From assembly GCA_963766425.1 (NCBI GenBank), contig CAVYAB010000033.1, positions 8,590-72,589 on the forward strand: a stretch of 64,000 nt of DNA, in the 5' to 3' direction. Origin of the DNA: an uncultured Alphaproteobacteria bacterium. GTDB lineage: Bacteria; Pseudomonadota; Alphaproteobacteria; Rhizobiales; Aestuariivirgaceae. The notes beneath the pieces were generated by a model. The model had not been told where the DNA came from, searched no databases, and saw only the letters and a program-made list of their open reading frames with translations. A program made the translations under genes and the position numbers. Positions 18,044 through 30,009 of the stretch are shown piece after piece; position 1 is the stretch's first letter; each line of letters starts with the position of its first letter.

Positions 18044-20678
18044 TCAGGCCGCAGCCTTCTTCGCTGCCTTCTTGGCGGGCGCTTTCTTCGCCGCAGTTTT
18101 CTTTGCAGGAGTCTTTTTGGCTGCAGTCTTGCGGGCAGGCTTCTTCTTGCCCGGACCCTTGGCCTCGCGCTCGGCAATCAAGGCAACGGCCTCATCCAAT
18201 GTCACTGTCTCTGGCGTCTTGTCCCTTGGCAAGGTGGCGTTAATCTTGCCATGCTTGACGTAAGCCCCGTACTTGCCATTGAAAACCTGCACCGTGCCCG
18301 TGCCATCCGGATGCGCGCCCAAATCTTTCAGCGCCGCCGCCCGTCCGCGCGGACTGAAACCCTTGGCCTTTTTCGCCGCAAGCATATCCACCGCGCGATT
18401 GATGCCGACGGTGAAAACTTCCTCTGCTGATTCCAGATTTACGTAAACTCCATCGTGCAGAATGAACGGCCCGAAGCGGCCAAAATTTGCAACAATCGGC
18501 GTCTGGGTTTCCGGATGAAGGCCAATCTCGCGGGGCAGGGACAGGAACTTAAGCGCCGTTTCAAGGTCAATATCAACGGGATCAAAAGCCCGCGGAATCG
18601 AGGCGCGCTTTGGCTTTTCCTTGCTGCCTTCCGGAACCTCGCCCAATTGCAAGATAGGGTCCAAAGCGCCCCTGGCGCCGCGTCACTTTCTCGCCCGTAT
18701 CGGGGTGAACGCCGAGCTCGATGCCCTCGGCCGGAACGGCCGACGCTGCCTCGCCGTTGGCCGTCATTTGCCGGGTGAACTTGCATTCCGGATAGTTGGA
18801 ACACCCCACAAAGGAACCAAACTTGCCGAGTTTTAGCGAGAGCTGCCCGTCAGCGCAGGAAGGGCATTTTCGCGGGCTGCTGCCATCAGTAGGCGCCGGG
18901 AAGATGTGGGGAGCGAGGATTTCGTTCAGGGCATCCAGCACATGGGTGACGCGCAGGTCTTTGATCTCGCCCACATGGGCCGAAAAGTCCTTCCAAAATT
19001 CGCGCAACACCTCGCGCCAGTCAATTTCGCCATTTGAGATGCGGTCGAGCTGCTCTTCGAGATTAGCGGTAAACCCATATTCCACATACTTGGCGAAGAA
19101 CAACTCGAGGAACGCCGTCACCACGCGGCCCTTGTCTTCCGGAATTAGCCGCTTCTTGTCGAGGCGCACGTAGCCACGGTCGCGGATGGTGGAGAGCACG
19201 GACACATAGGTGGAAGGCCGGCCGATGCCGAGTTCTTCCAATTTCTTGATAAGGGAAGCCTCCGAAAACCGTGGCGGCGGTTCGGTGAAATGCTGCTCGG
19301 CGGAAACCTTGCGAACCCCGATGCCATCGCCACGCGCCATGGCAGGCAGACGGCGTGAGTCTTCATCTTCCTCATCGTCCAGGTCCTCATGATAGACTTT
19401 GAGAAAGCCATCAAACTTCACGACGGAACCCGTAGCGCGGAAAGTGTAGTGCTTGCCGTCCTGGCCATTGGCGCCGAGATCAGCCGAGGTGCGTTCGAAC
19501 TCCGCACTTTCCATCTGGCTGGCAATAGTGCGCTTCCAGATCAACTCATAGAGCGCAAACTGCTCGCCATCGAGCGCGCTCCGCACCGATGAAGGCAAGC
19601 GACTGAGTTCCGTTGGCCGGATGGCCTCGTGGGCCTCCTGGGCATTCTTGGCCTTCGTCACGTATTGGCGCGGCGCCGAAGGCAGATAGGGTTCGCCGAA
19701 ATTCTTGAGAATGGCGTTGCGCGCCGCTGCTATTCCTTCCGGGGCGATGTCAACACCATCAGTTCGCATATAGGTGATAAGGCCAACCGTATCCCCATCA
19801 ATATCCACGCCCTCATATAGCCGCTGGGCCACCTGCATGGTCTTGGCTGAAGAGAACCCAAGCTTGCGCGAGGCTTCTTGTTGCAAGGTCGAGGTACGGA
19901 ATGGCGCGTAAGGATGCCGCTTGGCCGGCTTGCTCTCGATGCTGTCAACCGATACGCGGGCATTCTTCAGGGTTTGCTCAATGGCGCGCGCCGAAGCCTC
20001 GTCCTTGATATCAAGTTTGCCGATCTTCTGCCCGGCAATGGCTTGCAGCGAAGCGGAAAATTCCTGTCCCTGCGGCGTAGTGAACGTGCCGTCAATCGTC
20101 CAGTATTCCTGGGATTTGAAGGCTTCAATCTCAAGTTCGCGGTCGCAAATAATGCGCAATGCCACCGATTGAACTCGGCCCGCCGAGCGGGATCCCGGCA
20201 ATTTCCGCCACAAGACTGGTGACAGGGTGAAGCCCACCAGATAATCCAAAGCACGCCGCGCCAGATAGGCATCAACCAGCGCCCCATCCACGTCCCGTGG
20301 GTGCTGCATGGCCTCCAAAACTGACTGCTTGGTAATGGCGTTGAACACCACGCGTTGGACCTTCTTGTCCTTCAGCGCGCCCTTTTTCTTCAAAACTTCC
20401 AGCACATGCCAGGAAATGGCTTCGCCCTCGCGGTCAGGGTCGGTCGCCAGAACAAGCCGGTCATCGCCCTTCAGAGCGTCTGCAATATCAGCCAGGCGCT
20501 TGGCGGATTTGCCGTCAACTTCCCAGGACATGGCGAAATCCTCATCCGGGCGGACGGAGCCATCTTTGGCCGGCAAATCGCGTACATGGCCGTAAGACGC
20601 CAGAACGACAAAGTCCGAGCCCAGGTATTTATTGATGGTTTTTGCCTTTGCGGGCAACTCAACGACGACAACTGTCAT
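18044..20678 (-). CDS. topA: DNA topoisomerase I, apparent frameshift ~18650
   Basis: TOPRIM ATDPDREGE, SAGRVQS, ITYMRTD, zinc ribbon, Lys/Ala-rich tail. Confidence 0.96.
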
Positions 20679-20876
20679 TCCAATTCCTGACTTCGAGACG
20701 GAGGGCCTAATATAGGCATCTTCCCGCCACTGCAAGTTCCGAACTAAATCCGACAAACTTGCTCACGCTCAATCGAACTCAATCAAAGGTTTCTTTGATT
20801 CTTACTGAACACGCATATAGTGCGAAATGTCGCTGGGGAGCGGAGTTGCGGGCTGGGCGAACAGGGCGGGGCATCT

Positions 20877-21116
20877 ATGAACGATAGCACAGGCAAGGTG
20901 TCCATTACGGATGCGCAAGAGATTGAAATGGCTCAATATATTGCCGATATGTTGCTGGAACTGCGGAATATGGCAAAGTCCGCCGGCCTTCCCACCCTTC
21001 TCGGGCTCCTGGAACTCAGTTTTTGCGAAGCGTTCTCAATTGCCAACAAGGTAGAGATCCCCGCCGGCGAAATCGAGAAGCTGAAGCGTTTGTCTAGGGC
21101 TTCGAGTGAGGCGTGA
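20877..21116 (+). CDS. Small hypothetical protein
   Basis: 79 aa helical ORF (AQYIADMLLELRNMA) divergent from topA. Confidence 0.65.
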   Translation: MNDSTGKVSITDAQEIEMAQYIADMLLELRNMAKSAGLPTLLGLLELSFCEAFSIANKVEIPAGEIEKLKRLSRASSEA

Positions 21117-21648
21117 TCTCACAAATTACAAGTTTGAGGGGAACGGACAGGAAGACCTGTTCGCCTGCCCCTAGGTAAAAGCTGTCATTGGCACGCACAC
21201 TTTCGTCCCCAATCCTGCACTCACCATCCAACACATGAATAAGGCAAAGGCTCCGGCCAGGTGCAAAATGGTACCCGGCGCCACAATCCATGACACAGAG
21301 TGTTCCTTGGCCAAAATCCCGGCGCACCATCAAGTTGAAATCCAGAACCGGCCCGTCCACCAGAGTGCCATTGACCCGCAAGTCGCCTGAAAATAAAAAC
21401 GGCTTAAGAAGTTCCAATTCAGAAATGCCGCGGCCTTCAATATCAAGCATCATGCCTTGCCCGGAAAGTGTCATGATGTGGCGCTCATAGCCGGCAAAAC
21501 TGGAGAAGGGCCCGTCCGAATTCACCTTTGCAATGCTGACGCGCCAATCAAAATTTCCCGTAGGCGGGCTCACAAATATTTCCGTTGTTTCGCCACCGCC
21601 ATTTTTCCATGGCATGACACGATAATCCGATGACCGGATGATTTGCAT
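21094..21648 (-). CDS. HutD/Ves family protein
   Basis: MPWKNGGGETTEI, WRVSIA, GPFSSFAG, DFNLM. Confidence 0.9.
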   Translation of the reverse strand: MQIIRSSDYRVMPWKNGGGETTEIFVSPPTGNFDWRVSIAKVNSDGPFSSFAGYERHIMTLSGQGMMLDIEGRGISELELLKPFLFSGDLRVNGTLVDGPVLDFNLMVRRDFGQGTLCVMDCGAGYHFAPGRSLCLIHVLDGECRIGDESVRANDSFYLGAGEQVFLSVPLKLVICEITPHSKP

Positions 21649-23036
21649 TAGAGCCCATGCCTAGCGCGTCCAATGGGCTCTGCGTGTGCAATGACCCGGC
21701 GGATTGTCGGAAACTTGGCCTGCAGGCCATTTTCAATCTGGTCCACGACCGTATGCACATCATCGATTGGTTCCGAAGCTTGGAAACGGCAATGATAATG
21801 AACGAACAGGCCCTGATCATTCTCACGGATTCGGATATTGTGAATGCCGCTGAGACGGGGCTGTTTTTTTGCCAGAGCGAAGAGCAGGGCGGTGATTGCT
21901 TCGGCAATTTTTGCGGGCGCATCATCGCCGGAAAGCAGCCGCTCCGGCTGGGGCTCAATGTGGCTTTCAACTTCGACGCCGGGGCCAAGCTCCGAGCGTA
22001 TGGCGTCTTCAAGCTGTGTGGCGTACTCGTGCGCTTCCACCAAAGGCATAAGGCCATCTACTTCCAGATCGAAGCTCACAGCCAACCGGCCTTTGATTTC
22101 CTGAACCGTGAGGTGGTGGATGGCCAGATTGCGGCGCGAGGCGATAAGCATCACACGCTGGAACACGGTTTCATCGTCAAGCGCCACGGGATTCACCGTA
22201 ACCGTCACATCAGCGCTCGGAAACTTCTGTATGATCTTCTCAGTCAGCGTGTCCTTCAGCTTGACGATGTCATCAACTGGCATGGTGCGCGGCACCTCTA
22301 CGACCACACTGGTAAAAAGTGTTGGCCCCGCCGGTCGCAGGCGTAATGAACTCAGGTGGAGAACACCACTTGTGTGTTCAACCAGTGAACGAAGCTCGGC
22401 GGTGGCGCCTGCCGGTGCCGTATCAAGCAGGGTAGCCAGCGTGCGTTTGCCCAAGCGCCACCCGGCCAACCCAACAAAAAACGAAACAACTAGGGCCGCT
22501 ATCGGATCAGCCAGGGGAAATCCGAACCAGACCGCAACAAGTCCGAGAAGCACGACGAACGAGCTCCACATATCCGAACTGAAATGCAGGGCGTCGGCTT
22601 CAAGGGCTTCGCTTGACGTCTCGAGCGCCACCCTGTTCAAAGCCCGCGCCCGGCCAAAATCAACCAGGATTGAACCGCCAATGATCACAACGGCCCACCA
22701 GGTCACATCAATATGCTGCTGCCCGGAAAGCAGCCGCTTGATCGCTTCAAAGACAATCCATGCCGTGGTCAGAAAGAGCAAGCCGGTTTCAACGAGGGCA
22801 GCAACACTTTCCGCCTTGGCGTGGCCATAGTGATGCTCATCATCGGGTGGTTGGTCGCTCCAGCGAACCGCGAACCAGGTTATGATTGTGGCGCCCAAAT
22901 CAATCAGACTGTGGATCGCTTCTGACAAAATACCAAGTGAACCGGTGGCAAGGCCAGCGGCGAACTTGGTGATCGTCAATCCAAGGCTGGCAAAGACCGA
23001 AAGGACGACAACCCGTTGTTTTTCAGATGAAGACAT
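21648..23036 (-). CDS. Cation diffusion facilitator transporter with repeated C-terminal dimerization domains
   Basis: SEAIHSLID, HHYGHAKAE, ADALHFSSD, two HxEP motifs. Confidence 0.92.
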   Translation of the reverse strand: MSSSEKQRVVVLSVFASLGLTITKFAAGLATGSLGILSEAIHSLIDLGATIITWFAVRWSDQPPDDEHHYGHAKAESVAALVETGLLFLTTAWIVFEAIKRLLSGQQHIDVTWWAVVIIGGSILVDFGRARALNRVALETSSEALEADALHFSSDMWSSFVVLLGLVAVWFGFPLADPIAALVVSFFVGLAGWRLGKRTLATLLDTAPAGATAELRSLVEHTSGVLHLSSLRLRPAGPTLFTSVVVEVPRTMPVDDIVKLKDTLTEKIIQKFPSADVTVTVNPVALDDETVFQRVMLIASRRNLAIHHLTVQEIKGRLAVSFDLEVDGLMPLVEAHEYATQLEDAIRSELGPGVEVESHIEPQPERLLSGDDAPAKIAEAITALLFALAKKQPRLSGIHNIRIRENDQGLFVHYHCRFQASEPIDDVHTVVDQIENGLQAKFPTIRRVIAHAEPIGRARHGL

Positions 23037-23172
23037 GGGCCTGCATAACCCACTTCCGGCGGATTTTCTTCCATAAAATTAGCCATACTGGCCGCGCATG
23101 GCAGCGCCCCTGTTTGGCCATCTTGAGGAATGTTTGTTCCCCGTGTTCTCTGCTATCTCAGGGCGCGCAATC

Positions 23173-24370
23173 ATGGCAACCGAATCTCTCTCACCAAATC
23201 TCATTTCCGGCCGCAAGGCCGGCGCGCTGACATTTGGCGCCATATTCACGCTTAGAGTCATTGGTCCGGTCGCTGAACTCCACCGTAATTTCCCTGCAGG
23301 CCTATGACCTCCTGGGCAGCAGCCAGAAGGTCAGCGAACTCACAACGCTTGTGGCCATGACAGTGCTGATCGCCACTCTCATGCTGCCCTACGTCCTGGG
23401 CCGCTTGCGCCGCCGCTGGGCCTATACGTTTGGAGTTGTCAGCCTGATGGTGGCAAGCCTGTTTCTCGCAGGTTTTTCGGTCGAAGGAACAATAGCGGGA
23501 ATGTTTTTTCGCAATTGCGGCGCGGCAATCCTGAACATCACGCTGTCCCTTTACATCATGGATCACATCAAACGAACCGAACTGGCGCGGGCCGAGCCGA
23601 TGCGCCTCAGCCTTTCAACATTTGCGTGGATGATCGGCCCCGCCAGCGGGGTTTGGCTCTATACCCAATTTGGCCCCTGGGGCCCGCAGCTGGCAAGCAT
23701 TGCGGCCGCCATAGCCTTGCTGGCATTGTTTTGGATACTTCGCCTGTCTGATCGCGTGACGATGCCGTCCGGCACCCTGCAACCCTTCAATCCGTTAGCC
23801 AATGTCGTGCGCTTTGTTAGCCAACCCCGCTTGCGGCTTGCGTGGATGGTGGCATTCGGCAGGTCCTGCTTCTGGGTTACATTTTTCATCTATGGCCCCT
23901 TGCTGATGGTTGAAAGCGGGGTAGGCAAGCAGATCGGCGGCCTCATGATCTCTGCCAGCCAGGCCCTGCTGCTCTGCGCTTATCTCTTCGGCCGTCTGGC
24001 CCATCGCTTCGGAGTGCGCCTGATCATCAGCTGGTGTTTTGTGCTGATGTCATTCGCTTCTGTTGCGGCGGGAATTGCCGGAAAGGGCATGCCCTACATG
24101 GCCATGCTGTTCCTGTTGTTTGGCGCGTTTGCGGCGTCAGGTCTTGATGGCGTGGGCGGCATTCCGTTTTTGCGCGCCGTTCGCCCCCGCGAGCGCCAGC
24201 GCATGGCTGCCGTCTATCGCACCTATATTGATTTCTCCGAACTGATTCCGGCGATGATCTTCGCCGTCGCCCTTTCTTATTTTGAAATCGGAATTGTGTT
24301 TGTGATACTGGGTATGGCCCTTATTCTCATGGGAGCAATCGCCTTTCGCTATCTCCCGAAATCCCTGTAA
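23173..24370 (+). CDS. MFS transporter, apparent frameshift ~23252
   Basis: N-terminus MATESLS...AIFTL joins ESLVRSLNST... frame; multiple TM segments. Confidence 0.8.
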
Positions 24371-24387
24371 GCCGAAGGATCCGTCAA

Positions 24388-25046
24388 ATGGCCAAATTGC
24401 ACCTCGTTATTGCCAACAAAAATTATTCGTCGTGGTCCTTAAGGCCCTGGATGGCCATGACCATGGCGGGGCTCCCATTTGATGAATCAATAATCCCCCT
24501 CGATACGCCGACCACGAAAAAGGAAATCGCCGAGCATTCCGGGGCGGGGCGGCTGCCCGTGCTTGCATCATGGCAAAGATCACAATTTGGGAAACCCTCG
24601 CCATTCTTGAATACCTCGCGGAAACCTTTCCGGAAAAAAACCTCTGGCCCAAATCAAAAGCCGCACGGGCTGTGGCCCGGGCCATTTCCAATGAAATGCA
24701 CGCCGGATTCACCGGGCTTCGCAACGCCTGCCCCATGAACCTGCGCCGGCCCGCAAAACCCGTCGTCCTGAATGAAGCAACGAAGGCCGACATCGCCCGA
24801 ATTGAGGAAATCTGGCGCGAATGCCGCAAGACCTACGGCAAGGGCGGCAAGTTTCTCTTTGGCAAGTTCTGCAACGCCGACGCCATGTTTGCGCCAGTTG
24901 TCACACGCTTTGAGACCTATGCCATTCCAGTTGCCAAAGACACGAGGGCTTATATGGATGCGGTCATGGCCACAAAAGCATTCCAGACATGGAAAGCTGC
25001 TGCGCGCAAGGAAACCTGGATCGTTCCCCACGATGAGGTGGATTAG
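24388..25046 (+). CDS. Glutathione S-transferase, apparent frameshift ~24565-24578
   Basis: NKNYSSWSLRPW, IWETLAILEYL, EMHAGF, ADAMFAPV. Confidence 0.9.
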
Positions 25047-25049
25047 GCA

Positions 25050-26147
25050 TCAGGCAAGGCTAACCTTTTGCTGGGTCGAACGTGTCACTTTGCCTGCGAG
25101 TTCAAGCTCGAGCAGGATGCCAAGAACAATGGCGGCAGAAAGCCTGCTTTCCCTGATTATATCATCGACATCAATGGGACTGGGCGACAGGAGTGAAATC
25201 ACCAGTTTGCGATCAGAGGCGCTTGCCTCGGGAGAATCCTCAACCGGAGCTTCAGGTTCGGAAAATGACCTTGGAGCAGCCGCGTATTCCGTACGCAGAC
25301 TTTCGATCACCTCGGCGCTCCCGGTCAGAAGTGTCGCCCCTTCCTTGATGAGTTTGTTTGTGCCTTCGGCGCGCGGATCAAGCGGGGAGCCCGGCACGGC
25401 AAAAACATCGCGCCCCTGTTCTCCGGCAAGTCGAGCTGTAATGAGTGAGCCGGAGCGCAGCGCGGCTTCAACGACAATGATGGCCCGTGAGATGCCGGAG
25501 ATTATGCGGTTGCGCCGTGGAAAATGTTCCGCCCGTGGCACTGCTCCCGGCAACATTTCCGTCAGCAGCAATCCATTCTCGCCAATGAGCCTTTGCAGTT
25601 CCGCGTTTTCGGGCGGGTAGATATTGTCAATTCCCCCAGCAATGACGGCCGCTGTGCGGCCATTGGGTGCCGCCTCATGGGCAGCGGTGTCAATGCCGCG
25701 GGCCAAACCAGAAACAACGAGAAATCCCTCTTCACTCAGCTCCGCCGATAGCCGACGGGCAAGTTTTCTGCCCCCCGCCGAGGCATTGCGCGCACCCACA
25801 ATTGCAACCGCCTGCAGCTCCGCAAGCGCAAGATTGCCTTTCACGCAGAGAAGCGCGGGCGCACCTGGAATGTGATCGAGCAGCGGTGGATAGCCAGTTT
25901 CTCCCGCCACGACGAAAGAAGCGCCCAATTCATCCGCCCGTTCCATAACGGCTTCCGCGTCATCATCGGAAAATATCCGGATAGGCCGGGCCAGGCCGCC
26001 CTTCACGGAAAGCTCTGGCAATGCCTCAAGTGCCGCCGCAGCATTTCCATAACGCCCAATCAATTGGCGAAATGTGGCTGGCCCGACATTTTCACTTTGG
26101 CTGAGCCGGATCCAATCGCGTCGCTGCATCCGGTCCAGAAGTTGCAT
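25050..26147 (-). CDS. dprA: DNA-processing protein DprA
   Basis: AIVGARNAS, VVSGLARGID, FPRRNRIISG, VFAVPGSPLD. Confidence 0.95.
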   Translation of the reverse strand: MQLLDRMQRRDWIRLSQSENVGPATFRQLIGRYGNAAAALEALPELSVKGGLARPIRIFSDDDAEAVMERADELGASFVVAGETGYPPLLDHIPGAPALLCVKGNLALAELQAVAIVGARNASAGGRKLARRLSAELSEEGFLVVSGLARGIDTAAHEAAPNGRTAAVIAGGIDNIYPPENAELQRLIGENGLLLTEMLPGAVPRAEHFPRRNRIISGISRAIIVVEAALRSGSLITARLAGEQGRDVFAVPGSPLDPRAEGTNKLIKEGATLLTGSAEVIESLRTEYAAAPRSFSEPEAPVEDSPEASASDRKLVISLLSPSPIDVDDIIRESRLSAAIVLGILLELELAGKVTRSTQQKVSLA

Positions 26148-26150
26148 TGA

Positions 26151-26741
26151 TCAGGCTCTCTTTCCGAGATCAATCCTGGGCTCCTCGCCCTTCAACAACC
26201 TTCCAATGTTGGCGCGGTGCATGAACCAGATTGCCACCCCAATAAGCACGGTAGGCAATAGAAGATCGGAGCGCTCCAGGAGATAAGCCCACAGCGGTGA
26301 CAGGGCAGAGGCCGCCAAGCCCGCCAGCGATGAAATCCGAAATGCAAACGCAAGTGCGATCCACAAGGCAATAAATATAAGGCCGAGAGGCCAGTACAAG
26401 CCGAACAAGACACCTATGTTAGTTGCAACTCCCTTGCCGCCCTTAAAGCCCAGCCAGATTGGAAACAAATGGCCGATCATGGCCGCAAGTCCTGCTATCA
26501 TGCCAGCCTGTGGCTCCCCAAAATAGTTGAAGAGAAAAACGGGGACCGCACCTTTCAATCCATCTAGCAGAAGTGTGAGCGCGGCAATTCTCTTGTTGCC
26601 TGTGCGCAGGACATTTGTGGCCCCGATATTGCCGGACCCGATATTTCGCACATCACCAAGCCCCGCGGCCTTGGTGAGAATAAGACCGAAAGGTATGCTC
26701 CCACAGAGATAGCCGATGAGGACAGATATGAATTCAATCAT
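26151..26741 (-). CDS. plsY: Glycerol-3-phosphate acyltransferase PlsY
   Basis: GSGNIGATNVLR, FKGGKGVAT, HRANIGRL. Confidence 0.96.
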   Translation of the reverse strand: MIEFISVLIGYLCGSIPFGLILTKAAGLGDVRNIGSGNIGATNVLRTGNKRIAALTLLLDGLKGAVPVFLFNYFGEPQAGMIAGLAAMIGHLFPIWLGFKGGKGVATNIGVLFGLYWPLGLIFIALWIALAFAFRISSLAGLAASALSPLWAYLLERSDLLLPTVLIGVAIWFMHRANIGRLLKGEEPRIDLGKRA

Positions 26742-26744
26742 GAT

Positions 26745-28061
26745 TTAGCGAGCGTATGCGTAAACCGTCCGCCCTGCAACGACCGTTTCAATCACGCGGC
26801 CTTCCAACGTGCGGTCTTCCTGCGGTGAGTTCTTGGAACGCGAACGAAGTTGTGTTTCCTCAACGGTCCAATTCATATTGAGGTCCACCAAGGCAAAATC
26901 TGCGGGTGCACCTGGTGCAAGTCGGCCCGTTTCCAGTCCCAAAATTTCAGCGGGTTTTGACGACATAACTTCAACGAGACGGCCCAATGGCATGTTTTCA
27001 TTATGATAAAGTCCAAGTGCTGCCGAGAGCATGGTCTCCAGTCCAATGGCCCCAAAAGCCGCCTCCGCAAAGGGCAAACGTTTGGTATCGGCACTTTGGG
27101 GATCGTGAGAGGAGACCACCACATCAATGGTCCCATCCGCAACACCGGCAACCAGCGCACGGCGATCATCCTCGGTTCGTAGAGGCGGAGACAGTTTGAA
27201 GAAGGTGCGGTAGGCCCCGATGTCGTTTTCATTAAGCGTCAGGTGGTGAATGGAAACTCCACAGGTGACCGGCAAACCTTTTGCCTTTGCCGCGCGAATT
27301 ACATCCAGCGAAGCCGCACAGGAAATCTGAGAAGCGTGGTAGCGGGCGCCAGTCATTTCAACGAGGCGTATATCGCGCTCCAGCATAATGACTTCAGACA
27401 TCGAAGGGTTGCCCGCAAGGCCAAGGCGCGAAGCAGTCTCCGAAGAATTCATCACACCTTTGGAAAGGCTGGATTCCTCCACATGCTGCACCACCAGCAT
27501 GTCAAAGTCTTTGGCATAGGTAAGAGCTCTGCGAAAAAGATTTGCGTTTGCAACGGCATGGGTGCCATCCGTCACGGCGACAGCACCCGCTTCCTTCAAG
27601 CCGCCAATCTCGCTCATCAATTCGCCAGCAAGCCCCTTGGTGATGGCCGCCATCGGAGCAACCCGCACCAAGGCCGTGTCCCGCGCCCGGCGCAAAATGA
27701 AATCAACAATCGCCGCGTCATCAATCACCGGCTGGGTATTTGGCATGACAATCATGGTCGTCACACCACCGGCAGCAGCCGCCTCGGATGCAGTAGCCAG
27801 TGTTTCACGATATTCCGTACCGGGCTCGCCCGTGAAAACCCGCATGTCGATGAGACCGGGAATAAGGGTAGCGCCCGCACAGTCAAAACTCGCAGTGCCA
27901 GCGCCAATCGATTCCTTGGTCACCTTGGGTCCGACGGCCAATATCCAGCCATCTTCAACCAGAATGCCGCCCCTGCCATTCAAGCCTTGAGCTGGGGCAA
28001 CGATGTTGGCATTGAAATAGGCCTTGCGCTGGGCCGATTGTTTAGCTGCGGGAGACATCAT
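26745..28061 (-). CDS. pyrC: Dihydroorotase (-like)
   Basis: [26 protein letters not shown]; ATGA overlap with pyrB stop. Confidence 0.9.
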   Translation of the reverse strand: MMSPAAKQSAQRKAYFNANIVAPAQGLNGRGGILVEDGWILAVGPKVTKESIGAGTASFDCAGATLIPGLIDMRVFTGEPGTEYRETLATASEAAAAGGVTTMIVMPNTQPVIDDAAIVDFILRRARDTALVRVAPMAAITKGLAGELMSEIGGLKEAGAVAVTDGTHAVANANLFRRALTYAKDFDMLVVQHVEESSLSKGVMNSSETASRLGLAGNPSMSEVIMLERDIRLVEMTGARYHASQISCAASLDVIRAAKAKGLPVTCGVSIHHLTLNENDIGAYRTFFKLSPPLRTEDDRRALVAGVADGTIDVVVSSHDPQSADTKRLPFAEAAFGAIGLETMLSAALGLYHNENMPLGRLVEVMSSKPAEILGLETGRLAPGAPADFALVDLNMNWTVEETQLRSRSKNSPQEDRTLEGRVIETVVAGRTVYAYAR

Positions 28062-29017
28062 GCTTGCGCTCCCTGCCAATTGCGCGACAACGCATCCAGC
28101 ACCGCCATGCGCACCGCCACGCCCATTTCTACCTGCTCACGGATGACTGACTGAGCCCCATCCGCCACATTCGAGTCAATTTCAATGCCACGGTTCATCG
28201 GGCCGGGATGCATTACTAACGCATCGGGCTTGGCATAGCGTAGCTTCTCCTCGTTCAGACCGTAGAAGCGGTAATACTCTCTTTGCGAAGGCACAAAGGC
28301 CCCGCTCATGCGCTCCAGCTGCAGGCGCAACATCATCACCACATCCGCCCCTTCAAGCCCATCACGCATGTTGCGGTGAACTTCCACGCCGAAATTAGCA
28401 ATGCCCGTGGGCAGCAGCGTTGACGGAGCTACCACGCGCACCCGCGCACCGAGCTTGTTCAGCATATGTATGTTGGAACGCGCCACGCGGCTGTGCAAAA
28501 CATCGCCGCAGATGGCAACCGTCAACCCCTCAATGGAATCTTTCCGTCGTCGGATAGTGAGAGCATCAAGCAGAGCCTGCGTCGGGTGCTCATGCTGGCC
28601 ATCGCCAGCATTGATTACCGAGCATGAAACCTTCTGCGCGAGCAGCTCAACCGCGCCCGACGACTGATGCCGCACCACCAGAAAATTGGGGTGCATGGCA
28701 TTGATTGTCATGGCCGTATCGAGAACCGTTTCGCCCTTTGAAATTGCGGAAGACGACATGGCCATGTTCATGACATCAGCCCCCAGGCGCTTGCCCGCAA
28801 TTTCAAAAGAGCTTTGCGTGCGTGTGGAAGCCTCAAAAAATAGGTTAACCTGAGTTTGCCCTTGCAGAACCTTGGTCCACCTTTGCGGCACATTGCTCTC
28901 GCTCACATAGGTTTGCGCAAGATCGAGAAGGGCTTTGATTTCAAGCGGGGAGATATCATCGACCGCCAGCAGGTGCTGGCCTTTGAGAAGCTTCAGTCGT
29001 TCAGATGGCGATGTCAT
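28058..29017 (-). CDS. pyrB: Aspartate carbamoyltransferase catalytic subunit
   Basis: [31 protein letters not shown]. Confidence 0.97.
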   Translation of the reverse strand: MTSPSERLKLLKGQHLLAVDDISPLEIKALLDLAQTYVSESNVPQRWTKVLQGQTQVNLFFEASTRTQSSFEIAGKRLGADVMNMAMSSSAISKGETVLDTAMTINAMHPNFLVVRHQSSGAVELLAQKVSCSVINAGDGQHEHPTQALLDALTIRRRKDSIEGLTVAICGDVLHSRVARSNIHMLNKLGARVRVVAPSTLLPTGIANFGVEVHRNMRDGLEGADVVMMLRLQLERMSGAFVPSQREYYRFYGLNEEKLRYAKPDALVMHPGPMNRGIEIDSNVADGAQSVIREQVEMGVAVRMAVLDALSRNWQGAQA

Positions 29018-29082
29018 TAAAAGTGGCTGTGTAGGGGCGAATCTCCCGGCCCGCAAGAGAAGATCGAAGGGCCTGTGGAAAA

Positions 29083-30009
29083 TTAACCCAAGAGGCTTAA
29101 CACCAGCGGAATTGTGAAAGCCGCGCAGATGACCTGCAGGGTCAAAATACTGGCAATCATGGGCGCATCGCCGCCCATTTGCTTGGCAAGCAAATAGGCG
29201 CCGGAACCTGTAGGAACCGCCCCGCAAAGAATGGCAACGGCCGCCGCTTCCCCCGAAACTCCCAGAACCCATAGCCATAAAGCCATGAAAACCGGCAACA
29301 CCAACAGTTTAAGGAAGGTAGCCACGACCACAGGGCCCTTGGTCGAAAGCGCCTCATCAATGCGAAGGCCTGCGCCAACTGTCAGAAGCGCCAGGCCGAA
29401 CGCACCTCTGCCAATCGTATCCAGGACCTGAACCCCCATGGCGGGCGTGGGCAAATGTAAAACCTTCCACAGCACCCCGCCAAGGGACGACAAAACGAAA
29501 GGATTTTTGAGAATCGAAAGTGCCATCGCCCTGGCATCCAGTTTGGTGCCGGAACTATGCGCGGAAATCACGCCCACGTTCACAATGTTGAGAAGCGGGG
29601 TCATGGCAGCCGCGCTCAAGCCACCAAGGGCCAGCGCCGATTGCCCGAAATAAATGGGAATGATGGCAAGAGCTATGAACGTGTGCCAGCGGGTGGCCCC
29701 TTGAAACAGGCTGGAAAATTGTGGCCCGTTCAAATCAAGAACCGAAATAAGCGGCCTGCGAAACATGAGCAGTAGAGCAAACATGGTAGAAATGCCAAGC
29801 ATCATCGCAAGTGCCATGGACCATACGGGCACATTGGAAAAATCGGCAGCGGCTATTTCCTTGAAGATGATGGCCGGGAACAGAACATAGTAACAAACAT
29901 GGTCAACGGCACTCCAGTGGTCTTCGGCAATCAGTCCGCTACGCCGCAGGCCATAGCCCACGAGAATGACGATGAAAACTGGCAGGAGGGCGATGAAGGA
30001 TTGGGTCAT
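29083..30009 (-). CDS. AEC family transporter
   Basis: [22 protein letters not shown]. Confidence 0.88.
   Translation of the reverse strand: MTQSFIALLPVFIVILVGYGLRRSGLIAEDHWSAVDHVCYYVLFPAIIFKEIAAADFSNVPVWSMALAMMLGISTMFALLLMFRRPLISVLDLNGPQFSSLFQGATRWHTFIALAIIPIYFGQSALALGGLSAAAMTPLLNIVNVGVISAHSSGTKLDARAMALSILKNPFVLSSLGGVLWKVLHLPTPAMGVQVLDTIGRGAFGLALLTVGAGLRIDEALSTKGPVVVATFLKLLVLPVFMALWLWVLGVSGEAAAVAILCGAVPTGSGAYLLAKQMGGDAPMIASILTLQVICAAFTIPLVLSLLG

Noticed and set aside
15751-20678. Programmed frameshifting or pseudogenisation of rnr/topA (also lpdA)
   Set aside because: No slippery sites seen, the genes are conserved or essential, and similar indels occur throughout the window.
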